Below, in pieces: positions 21,901 through 33,900 of a DNA stretch of 34,139 nt. This DNA is from Chiloscyllium plagiosum (lineage: Eukaryota), in NCBI RefSeq assembly GCF_004010195.1, contig NW_025213950.1:1-34139 (forward strand), given 5' to 3'. How positions within the stretch are numbered: position 1 is the first letter of the stretch; every line of letters starts with the position of its first letter. The notes below the pieces were generated by a model. That model did no database searches. It was given only the letters and a program-made list of their open reading frames with translations, and was not told the DNA's origin. The translations under genes were made by a program, and so were the position numbers.

Positions 21901-24900
21901 ACGTTTCTCGGTATAGCGCGTGGGAAGCGAGTGGGAAGCGAGTCCCAGCACAGCTCGAGGGAAGCGTGTCCGGTACAGTGCGAGGGAAGCGTGTCCAGTA
22001 CAGTGCGAGGGCAGCATATCCCTGTATAGCGCGAGGGAAGTGCATCCGGTACAGTGTGAGGGAAGCATTTCTCGGTACAGCATGAGGGCAGCTTGTCCCG
22101 GTACATCGCAAGGGAAGCATGTCCCGGTACTGCGCGAGGGAAGTGCGTCCCGGTACAGAGCGAGGAAAGTGAGTACTGGTACAGCGTGAGGGCAGCGTGT
22201 CCTGTTACAACACGAGGGAAGCGTTTCTCAGTACAGCGTGAGGGAAGCGTTTCCCGGTCCAGCGCGAGGGAAGCATGTCCCGGTACAGCGCAATGGAAGT
22301 GAGATCCGGTACAGCGTGAAGGAAGTGTGTCCCGGTACAGCGTGAGGGAAGTGTGTCATGTACAGCGCAAGGGAAGCGCATCCCGGTACAGCGTGAGGGC
22401 AGCGTGTCATGGTACAGCGTGAGGGAGGCGTGTGCCGGTACAGCATGAGGGAAGCGTGTCTCGGTACAGCACGAGGGCAGCGTGTCCCGGTACAGCGCAA
22501 GGGAAGCGTGTCCCGGTATAGCGTGAGGGAAGCGCGTCCCGGTACAGCACGAGGGAAGTGTTTCACAGTACAGTGTGAGGGCAGCGTGTCCCGGTACAGC
22601 GTGAGAGAAGTGTATCCTGGTACAGCGCAAGGGAAGTGAGTCCCAGTACAGCGTGAGGGAAGTGAGTCCCAGTACAGCGTGAGGGAAGTGAGTCCCAGTA
22701 CAGCGTGAGGGAAGTGTGTCCCGGTACAGTGTGAGGGAAGTGAGACCCAGTACAGCACAAGGGAAGCGGTCCCGGTACAGAGTGAGTGAGGCATGTCTCG
22801 GTATAGCACGAGGGAAGCATGTCATGGTACAGGGCGAGGGAAGCGTGTCCCGGTACGCGCAAGGGAACGCATCTGGGTAAAGCGCGAGGGGTGCATGTCT
22901 CGGTATAGCACGAGGGAAACGTGTCTAAGTACAGCACGAGGGAAACGTGTCCTGGTACAGCGCGAGGGAAGCGTGTCCCAGTACAGCGAGTGGTAAGCGT
23001 TTCTCGGTACAGCGCGTGGGAAGCGAGTTCCAGTACAGCTTGAGGGAAGCATGTCCGATACAGTGCGAGGGAAGCATATCCCTGTATAGCGCGAGGGAAG
23101 CGCATCCGGTACAGTGTGAGGGAAGCATTTCTCGGTACAGCACGAGGGCAGCGTGTCCCGGTACAGCGCAACGGAAGCGTGTCCCGGTACAGCGCAAGGG
23201 AAGCGCGTCCCGGTACAGCGCGAGGGAAGTGAGCCCTGGTACAGCATGAGGGCAGCGTGTCCTGTTACAACACGAGGGAAGCATGTCCTATACAGCGTGA
23301 GGGAAGCGTGTCCCTGTATAGCATGAGGGAAGCACGTCCCAGTACAGCACGAGGGAAGCGCTTCTCAGTACAGCGTGAGGGAAGTGTTTCCAGATACAGC
23401 GCGAGGGAAGCGCGTCCTAGTACAGCGCGAGGGAAGCGAGTCCCGGTACAGCGCGAGGGAAGCGTGTCCCGGTACAGGGCGAGGGAAGCGTTTCTCAGTA
23501 CAGCGCGTGGGAAGAGCATCCGGTACAGTGTAAGGGAAGCAATTCTCGGTACAGCACGAGGGCAGCGTGTCCTGGTACAGCGCAAGGGAAGCATGACTTG
23601 TTACAGCGCGAGGGAAACGTGTCTCGGTACAGCGCGAGGGAAATGCGTCCTGGTACAACACGAAGGAAGCGTGTCCTGTACAGCGTGAGGGAAGCGTGTC
23701 CCTGTATAGCACGAGGGAAGCGTTTCTCAGCACAGCGTGAGGGAAGCGTTTCCCGGGACAGCGCGAGGTAAGCGCGTCCCGGTACAGCGCGAGGGAAGCG
23801 AGTCACGGTACAGCGCGAGGGAAGCGAGTCCCGGTACAACGTGAGGGAAGCGCATCCCGGTATAGCGTGAGGGCAGCATGTCATGTACAGCGCGAGGCAA
23901 GCACGTCTCGATACAGCGTGAGGGAAGCGTGTCCCAGTACAGCGTGAGGGACGTGAGTCCCAGTACAGCACGAGGGAAGCGTGTCCCGGTACAGCACGAG
24001 GGAAGCGTGTCTCGCTACAGCGCGTGGGAAGTGAGTCCCGGTACAGCGTGAGGAAAGTGAGTCCCAGTATAGCTTGAGGGAAGTGAGTCCCGGTACAGCG
24101 TGTGGGAAGCATTTCTCGCTACAGCGCGAGGGCAGCGTGTTCCGGTACAGCGCGAGGGAAGTGTGTCCCGGTACAGTGCAATGGAAGTGAGTCCCGGTAG
24201 AGCGTGAGGGAAGTGTGTGCTGGTACAGCGCATCCCGGTACAGCATGAGGGCAGCGTGTCATGTACAGCGCGAGGGAAGCATGTCCTGGTACAGCGTGAG
24301 GGAGGCGTGTCCCGGTACAGCACGAGGGAAGCGTGTCTCGATACAGCACGAGGGAAGCGTGTCCCGGTACAGCACGAGGGAAGCGTGTCCCGGTACAGCG
24401 TGAGGGAGGCATGTCTTGGTATAGCACGAGGGAAGCATATCATGGTACAGTGCGAGGGAAGCGTGTCCCGGTACAGCACGAGGGAAGTGAGTCCCGGTAC
24501 AGCGCGAGGGAAGCGTGTCCCGATACAGCGTCAGGGAAGCGTGTCCCAATACAGCGTGAGGGAAGCATGTCTCGGTATAGCACGAGGGAAACATGTCACA
24601 GTACAGCTCGAGCTAAGCGCGTCCTGGTACAATGCAAGAGAAGCGAGAGGGAAGTGAGTCCCGGTACAACGTGAGGGAGGCATGTCTCGGTAAAGCACAA
24701 GGGAAGCATGTCATGGTACAGCGTGAGGTAAGTGTGTCCCGGTACAGCACAAGGGAAGCGCATCCTGGTACAGCGTGAGGGAAGCATGTCTCGGTATACC
24801 ACGAGGGAAACGTGTCGTGGTACAGTGCGAGGGAAGCACGTCCCAGTACAGAGCGAGGGAAGCAAGTCCCGGTACAGCTCGAGGGAAGCGCGTCCGGTAC

Positions 24901-27900
24901 CGTGTGTGGGAAGTGAGTCCTGGTACAGCACGCGGGAAGTATTTCTCGCTAAAGTGCAAGGGCAGCGTGTCCTGGTACAGCGCGAGGGAAGTGTGTCCCA
25001 GTACAGTGCGAGGGAAGTGAGTCCCGGTACAGCGCGAGGGAAGCGTGTCCCGGTACAGCGCGAGGGAAGCGTGTCCCAGTACAGCACGAGGGAAGCGAGT
25101 CCCGGTACAGCACGAGAGAAGCATGTCCTGTACAGCGCGAGGGAAGTGTTTCCCAGTATAGCACGAGTGAAGCGCATCCCAGTACAGCGCGAGGGAAGTG
25201 TTTCTCGGTACAGTGCGAGGGAAGCGTGTCCCGGTATAGTGCGAGGGAAGCGCTTCCCGGTACAGCATGAGGGAAGTGTGTCCTGTTACAGCGTGAGGGA
25301 AATGTGTCCCGGTGCAGCACGAGGGAAGTGTGTCCCGGTGCAGCGTGAGGGAAGCGAGTCCCAGTATAGCGTGAGGGAAGCGCTTCCCGGTACAGCGTGA
25401 GGGCAGCGTGTCCCAGTACAGCTCAAGGGAAGTGTGTCCCAGTACAGCATGAGTGAAGCGTGTCCCTGTACAGCGCGAGGGATGTGTGTCCCAGTACAGC
25501 GCGAGGGAAGCGTGTCCCGATACAGCGTGAGGGAAGCGTGTCCCTGTACAGCGCAAGGGATGTGTATCCCGGTACAGCACGAGGGAAGCGTGTCCCGGTA
25601 CAGTGTGACGGAGGCATGTCTCGGTATAGCACGAGGGAAGCATGTCGTGGTACAGCGCGAGGGAAGCGTGTCCCGGAGCGTGAGGGAAGCGTGTCCCGAT
25701 ACAGCGTGAGGGAAGCGTGTCCCTGTACAGCGCGAGGGATGTGTGTCCCAGTACAGCGCGAGGGAAGCGTGTCCCGATACAGCGTGAGGGAAGCGTGTCC
25801 CGGTACAGTACGAGGGAAGTGAGTCCCGGTACAGCGTGAAGGAAGTGTGTCCCGGTACAGCACGAGGGAAGTGAGTCCCGATACAACGCAAGGGAAGCGT
25901 ATCCTGGTACAGCGCAAGGGAAATGCGTCCTATTACAGCGCAAGGGAAGCGCGTCCTAGTACAGCGTAAGGGAAGCAAGTCCCGCTACAGCTTGAGTATA
26001 GCACGAGGGAAACGTGTCACGGTACAGCTCGAGCTAAGCGCGTCCTGGTACAGTGCAAGAGAAGCGCGTCCCTGTACGGCGCGAGGGAAGTCAGTCCCGG
26101 TACAGCGTGAGGGAGGCATGTCTCGGTAAAGCACAAGGGAAGCATATCATGGTACAGCGCGAGGGAAGTGTGTCCCGGTACAGCGCAAGGGAAGCGATTC
26201 CTGGTACAGCGTGAGGGAAGCATGTCTCGGTATAGCACGATGGAAACGTGTCGCGGTACAGTGCGAGGGAAGCATTTCCTGGTACAGTGCAAGGGAAGCG
26301 TGTCCCAGTACAGCGCGAGGGAAGCAAGTCCCGCTACAGCTCGAGTGAAGCGCATCTGGTACCGTGTGAGGGAAGTGAGTCCTGGTACAGGGCGCGGGAT
26401 GCAATTCTCGCTAAAGTGCGAGGGCAGCGTGTCCTGGTACAGCGCGAGGGAAGTGTGTTGCAGTACAGCACGAGGGAAGCGTGTCCCGATACAGTGCAAG
26501 GGAAGCGTGTCCCAGTACAGCGTGAGGGAGGCATGTCTCGGTATAGCCCGAGGGAAGCATGTCATGGTACGTGCGAGGGAAGTGTGTCCCGGTACAGCAC
26601 AAGGGAAGCGCATCCCGGTACAGCGTGAGGGAAGCATGTCTCGGTATAGCACGAGGGAAACGTATCACGGTACAGCTCGAGCTAAGCGCGTCCTGGTACA
26701 GTGCAAGAGAAGCGCGTCCCTGTACAGCGCGAGGGAAGTGAGTCCCGGTACAGCGTGAGGGAGGCATGTCTCGGTAAAGCACAAGGGAAGCATATCATGG
26801 TACAGCGCGAGGGAAGTGTGTCCCGGTACAGCGCAAGGGAAGCGCATCCTGGTACAGTGTGAGGGAAGTGTGTCCCGGTACAGCGCAAGGGGAGCGATTC
26901 CTGGTACAGCGTGAGGGAAGCATGTCTCGGTATAGCACGATGGAAACGTGTCGCGGTACAGTGCGAGGGAAGCATGTCCTGGTACAGTGCAAGGGAAGCG
27001 CGTCCCAGTACAGCTCGAGGAAAGCGCGTCCGGTACCGTGTGAGGGGAGTGGGTCCTGCTACAGGGCGCGGGATGCAATTCTCGCTAAAGTGCGAGGGCA
27101 GCGGGTCCTGGTACAGCGCGAGGGAAGCGTGTTGCAGTACAGCACGAGGGAAGCCTGTCCCGGTACAGTGCAAGGGAAGCGTGTCCTGGCACAGCGCGAG
27201 GGAAATGAGTCCTGGTACAGCGCGAGGGAAGCGTGTCCCAGTACAGCGTGAGGGAGGCATGTCTCGGTATAGCACGAGGGAAGCATGTCATGGTACGTGC
27301 GAGGGAAGTGTGTCCCGGTACAGCACAAGGGAAGCGCATCCCGGTACAGCGTGAGGGAAGCATGTCTCGGTATAGCATGAGGGAAACCTGTCACGGTACA
27401 GCTCAAGCTAAGCGCGTCCTGGTACAGTGCAAGAGAAGCGCGTCCCTGTACAGCACGAGGGAAGTGAGTCCCGGTACAGCGTGAGGGAGGCATGTCTCGG
27501 TAAAGCACAAGGGAAGCATATCATGGTACAGCGCGAGGGAAGTGTGTCCCGTTACAGCGCAAGGGAAGCGCATCCTGGTACAGCGTGAGGGAAGCGTGTC
27601 CCGGTACAGCGCGAGGGAAGCGTGCCCCGGTACAACGCAAGGGAAGCGAGTCCCGGTACAGCACGAGGGAAGTGTATCTCGGAACAGCGCGAGGGAGCTG
27701 AGTCCCGGTACAGCGTGAGGGAAGTGTGTCCCAGTACAGCATGAGGAAAGCGTGTCCCAGTACAGCGCGAGGGAAGCGCGTCCCTGTACAGCGCGAGGGA
27801 AGCGTGTCCCGATACAGCGTGAGGGAAGCGTGTCCCTGTACAGCGCGAGGGATGTGTGTCCCAGTACAGCGCGAGGAAAGCATGTCCTGTACAGCGCGAG

Positions 27901-30900
27901 GGAAGTGTTTCCCAGTATAGCACGAGGGAAGCGCATCCCAGTACAGCGCAAGGGAAGTGTTTCTCGGTACAGTGTGAGGGAAGCGTGTCCCGGTACAGCA
28001 CAAGGGAAGCGTATCTCGGAACAGCGCGAGGGATCTGAGTCCCGGTACAGCGTGAGGGAAGTGTGTCCCAGTACAGCATGAGGGAAGCGTGTCCCAGTAC
28101 AGCGCATGGGAAGCGTGTCCCTGTACAACGCAAGGGAAGCGTGTCCTGATACAGCGTGAGGGAAGCGTGTCCCTGTACAGCGCGAGGGATGTGTGTCCCA
28201 GTACAGCGTGAGGAAAGCATGTCCTGTACAGTGCGAGGGAAGAGTTTCCCAGTATAGCACGAGGGAAGCGCATCCAGTACAGCATGAGGGAAGTGTTTCT
28301 AGGTACAGTGCGAGGGAAGCGCTTCCCAGTACAGTGTGAGGGAAGTGTGTCCCGGTACAGCGCGAGGGAAGCGTGTCCCTGTACAGCGCGAGGGAAGCGT
28401 ATCCTGGCACAGCGCAAGGGAACGCATCCTGGTACAGCGCGAGGGAAGCATGTCTCGGTATAGCACGAGGGAAACATGTCGTGGTACAGCGCGAGGGAAG
28501 CGTGTCCCAGTACAGCGTGAGAGAAGCGTGTCCCGGTACAGCACGAGGGAAGCATGTCCTGTACAGCAGGAGGGAAGTGTTTCCCTGTATAGCACGAGGG
28601 AAGCGCATCCCAGTACAGCGCGAGGGGAGTGTTTCTCGGTACAGGGTGAGGGAAGCGTGTCCCGGTAGAGTGCGAGGGAAGCGCTTCCCGGTACAGCGTG
28701 AGGGAAGTGTGTCCTTGTACAGCATCAGGGAAATGTGTCTCGGTGCAGCACGAGGGAAGTGTGTCCCGGTGCAGCGTGAGGGCAGCGTGTCCCAGTATAG
28801 CGTGAGGGAAGCGCTTCCCGGTACAGCATGAGGGCAGCATGTTCCAGTACAACTCAATGGATGTGTGTCCCGGTACAGCACAAGGGAAGCCTATCTCGGA
28901 ACAGCGCGAGTGAACTGAGTCCCGGTACAGCTGAGGGAAGTGTGTCCCAGTACAGCATGAGGGAAGCGTGTCCCAGTACAGCGCGTGGGAAGCGCGTCCC
29001 TGTACAGCGTGAGGGAAGCGTGTCCCGATACAGCGTGAGGGAAGCATGTCCCTGTATAGCACGAGGGATGTGTGTCCCGGTACAGCGCGAGGGAAGCGTG
29101 TCCCGATATAACGTGAGGGAAGCGTGTCCCTGTACAGCGCGAGGGAAGTGTGTCCCGGTACAGCACGAGGGAAGCATGTCCCGGTACAGCACGAGGGAAG
29201 CGTGTCCCGGTACAGCACGAGGGAAGCGTGTCCCGGTACATTGTGACGGAGGCATGTCTCGGTACAGCGCGAGGGAAACGTGACGGGGTACAGCGTGAGG
29301 GAAGCGTGTCCCAGTACAGCGTGAGGGAAGTGTGTCCTGGTACAGCATGAGGTAAGCATGTCCTGTACAGCGCGAGGGAAGTGTTTCCCAGTATAGCACG
29401 AGGGAAGCGCATCCCAGTACAGCGTGAGGTAAGTGTTTCTCGGTACAGTGTGAGGGAAGCGTGTCCCGGTACAGTGTGACGGAGGCATGTCTCGGTACAG
29501 CGCGAGGGAAGCAAGTCCAGGTACAGCTTGAGGGAAGCGTGTCCGGTACAATGGGAGGGAGGTGTGTCCCTGTATAGCACGTGGGAAGCGCGTCCAGTAC
29601 AGTGTGAGGGAAGTGAGTCCCGGTACAGCGTGAGGGAAGCATTTCTTGGTACAGCGCGAGGGCAGCGTGTCCCGGTACAGCGCAAGGGAAGCGTGTCCCG
29701 GTACAGCGTGAGGGAAGCGCTACCCGGAACAGCGTGAGGGAAGTGTGTCCCGGTACAGCACGAGGGAAGCACTTCCCGGTACAGTGTGAGGGAAGTGTGT
29801 CCTGGTACAGTGTGAGGGAAATGTGTCCCGGTGCAGCACGAGGGAAGTGTGTCCCGGTGCAGCGTGAGGGCAGCATGTCCCAGTATAGCGTGAGGGAGGC
29901 ATGTCTCGGTATAGCACAAGGGAAGCATGTCATGGTACGTGCAAGGGAAGTGTGTCCCGGTACAGCACAAGGGAAGCATGTCGCGGTACAGTAGGAGGGA
30001 AGCACGACCCGGTATAGCGCGAGGGAAGCATTTCTCGTTATAGTGTGAGGGAAGCATGTCCCGGTACAGCACGAGGGAAGCATGTCCCTGTATAGTGCGA
30101 GGGAAGCGCGTCCAAATACAGTGTGAGGGAAGTGAGTCCCAGTGCAGTGCGAATGAAGCTTTTCTCGGTACAGCGTGAGGGAAGTGTGTGCCGGTACAGC
30201 GCGAGGGAAGTGAGTCCCGGTACAGCGTGAGGGAAGTGTGTCCCAATACAGCGCGAGGGAAGTGAGTCCTGGTACAGCGTGAGGGAAGTGTGTCCCGCTA
30301 TAGCGTGAGGGAAGCGTGTCCCGATACAGCGCGAGGGCAGCGTATTCCGGTACAGCGCAAGGGAAGCGCATCCTGGTACAGTGCAAGGGAAGCGCGTCCT
30401 GGTACAGCGCGAGGGAAGCGTGTCTCGGTACAGCTCATGGGAAGCGTGTCCGGTACAGTGTGAGGGAAGTGAATCCCGGTACAGCGTGAGGGAAGCATTT
30501 CTCGGTTCAGCGTGAGGGAAACGTGTCTCGGTACAACGTGAGGTAATTGAGTCAAGGTACAGCACGAGGGAAGCGTGTCGCAATACAGCGCGAGGGCAGC
30601 GTATTCCGGTACAGCGCGAGGGAAGCATGTTGCGGTACAGCGCGAGGGAAGCGTGTCCCGATACAGCGCGAGGGAAGTGAGTCCCGGTACAGTAAGAGGG
30701 AAGCGTGTCTAGTTATAGCACGAGGGAAGCGGGTCCGGTACAGTGCGAGGGAAGCGTGTCTGGTACAGGCGAGGGAAGCGTGTCCCGGTACAGCGCGAGG
30801 GGCGTGAGGGAAGTGTGTCCCGGTACAGCACGAGGGAAGCACTTTCTGGTACAGCGTGAGGGCAGCATGTCCTGGTACAGCGTGAGGGAAGTGTGTCCCG

Positions 30901-33900
30901 GTACAGCGCGAGGGAAGCGCTTCCCGGTACAGTGTGAGGGAAGTGTGTCCTGGTACAGTGCGAGGGAAGCGCTTCCCGGTACAGTGTGAGGGAAGTGTGT
31001 CCTGGTACAGCGTGAGGGAAATGTGTCCCGGTGCAGCACGAGGGAAGTGTGTCCCGGTGCAGCGTGAGGGCAACGTGTCCCAGTATAGCGTGAGGGAGGC
31101 ATGTCTTGGTATAGCACGAGGGAAGCATGTCATGGTACGTGCAAGGGAAGTGTGTCCCGGTACAGCACAAGGGAAGCGTGTCCCGGTACAACGTGAGGGA
31201 CGTATGTCTCGGTATAGCACAAGGGAAGCATGTCGCGGTACAGCACGGGGGAAGCACGACCCGGTATAGCGCGAGGGAAGCATTTCTCGTTATAGTGTGA
31301 GGGAAGCATGTCCCGGTACAGCGCGAGGGAAGCGAGTCCCGGCACAGCACGAGGGAAGCGTGTCCTGGCACAGCACAAGGGAAGCATGTCCCTGTATAGT
31401 GCGAGGGAAGCGCGTCCAAATACAGTGTGAGGGAAGTGAGTCCCAGTGCAGTGCGAACGAAGCTTTTCTTGGTACAGCATGAGGGAAGTGTCTGGTACAG
31501 GCGAGGGAATCGTGTCTCGGTACCACGCAAGGGAAGTGTGTCTCGGTATAGCGTGAGGGAAGCGTGTCCCCGTACAGCACGAGGGAAGTGAGTCCCAGTA
31601 CAGCACGAGAGAAGCATGTCCTGGTACAGCGCAAGGGAACCGTTTCCCAGTACAGCGCGAGGAAAGTGCGTCTTGGTACAGCGCGAGGGAAGCGAATCCT
31701 GAAAGAGCGCGAGGGACGCGCGTCCCGATACAGCATGAGGGAAGCGTGTCTTGGTACAGCGCGAGGGAAGCGCGTCCCGGTACAGCGCGAGGGAAGCGCG
31801 TCACGGTACAGCATGAGGGAAGTGAGTCCCGGTACAGCGTGAGGGAAGTGTGTCCCAATACAGCGTGAGGGAAGCATGTCCCGGTACAGTGCGAGGGAAG
31901 CGCATCCTGGTACAGTGCGAGGGAAGCGCGTCCTGGTACAGCCCAAGGGAAGCATTTCCCGGTACAGCGCAAGGGAAGTGAGTCCCGGTACAGCTCGAGG
32001 GAAGCGTGTCCAGTACAGTGTGAGGGAAGCATGTCCCGGTACAGTGTGAGGGAAGCGTGGCCCGGTACAACGTGAGGGAATTGAGTCATGGTACAGCACC
32101 AGGGAAACGTGTCGTGATACAGCGCGAGGGCAGCGTATTCAGGTACAGCGCGAGGGAAGCGTGTTCCGGTACAGCGCGAGGGAAGCGTGTCCCGGTACAG
32201 CGCGAGGGAAGTGAGTCCCGGTACAGCGTGAGGGAAGCATTTCTCGGTTCAGCAAGAGGGAAACGTGTCTCGGTACAGTAAGAGGGAAGCGTGTCTAGTT
32301 ATAGCACAAGGGAAGCGTGTCCGGTACAGTGCGAGGGAAGCGTGTCCAGTACAGCGCGAGGGAAGCGTGTCTCGGTATAGGGTGAGGGAAGCGTGTCCCG
32401 AAACAGCGCGAGGGAAGTGTGTCCCAGTACAGCGCGAGGGATGCGCATCCCGATACAGCGCAAGGGAAGTGAGTCCCGGTACAGCGTGAGGGAAGTGTGT
32501 CCCAATACAGCGCGAGGGAAGCGTGTCCCGGTACAGCGCGAGTGAAATGTATCCTGGTACAGCGCGAGAGAAGCGCATCCCGATACAGCGCGAGGGAAGT
32601 GTGTCTCAGTATAGCACAAGGGAAGCATGTCGCGGTACAGCACGAGGGAAGCACGTCCCGGTATAGCGCGAGGGAAGCGTTTCTCGTTATAGTGTGAGGG
32701 ACGCATGTCCCGGTACAGCGTGAGGGAAGCAAGTCCCGGCACAGCACGAGGGAAGCGTGTCCTGGCACAGCACAAGGGAAGCGTGTCCTGGCACAGCACG
32801 AGGGAAGCGTGTCCTGGCACAGCACAAGGGAAGCGTGTCCTGGCACAGCACAAGGGAAGCGTGTCCTGGCACAGCACGAGGGAAGCATGTCACTGTATAG
32901 TGCGAAGGTAGCGCGTCCAAATACAGTGTGAGGGAAGTGAGTCCCAGTGCAGTGCGAGGGAAGCGTTTCTCGGTACAGCATGACGGAAGCGTGTGCTGGT
33001 ACAGCGCGAGGGGAGCGCGTCCCGGTACAGCGTGAGGAAAATGTGTCCCAATACAGCACGAGGAGAGTGAGTCCCGGTACAGCGTGAGAGAAGTGTGTGC
33101 CGGTACAGCGCAAGGAAAGTGAGTCCCGGTACAGCGTGAGGGAAGGGTGTCCCAATACAGCGCGAGGGAAGTGAGTCCTGGTACAGCGTGAGGGAAGTGT
33201 GTCCCGGTATAGCGTGAGGGAAGCGTGTCCCGACACATCGTGAGGGAGGCGTGTCCCGGTACAGCGCAAGGCAAATGTGTCCCGATACAGCGCAAGGGAA
33301 GCGTGTCCCGGTACAGCGTGAGGGAGGCATGTCTCGGTATAGCACGAGGGAAGCATGTCGTGGTACAGCGCGATGGTAGGGAGTCCCGGTACAGCGCGAA
33401 GGAAGCGTGTCCCGGTACAGCACGAGGAAACGTGTCTCGGTACAGCAGGAGGGAAGCGTGTCCCGGTACAGTGCGAGGGAAGCGTGTCCTGGTACAGCGC
33501 GAGGGAAGCGTGTCTCGGTACAGCGCAAGGGAAGCGTTTCCCGGTACAGCGTGAGGGAAGTGAGTCCCGGTACAGCTCGAGGGAAGCGTGTCCAGTACAG
33601 TGTGAGGGAAGCATGTCCCGGTACAGTGTGAGGGAAGTGAGTCCCGGTACAGCGTGAGGGAAGCATTTCTCGGTTCAGCGTGAGGGAAACGTGCCTTGGG
33701 ATGGCGCGAGGGAAGCGTGGCCCGGTACAGCGTGAGGGAAATTGAGTCAAGGTACAGCACGAGGGAAGCGTGTGGCAATACAGCGCGAGGGCAGCGTATT
33801 CCGGTACAGCGCGAGGGAAGCGTGTTGCGGTACAGCGCGAGGAAAGCGTGTCCCGGTACAGCGCGAGGGAAGTGAGTCCTGGTACAGCGTGAGGGAAGCA

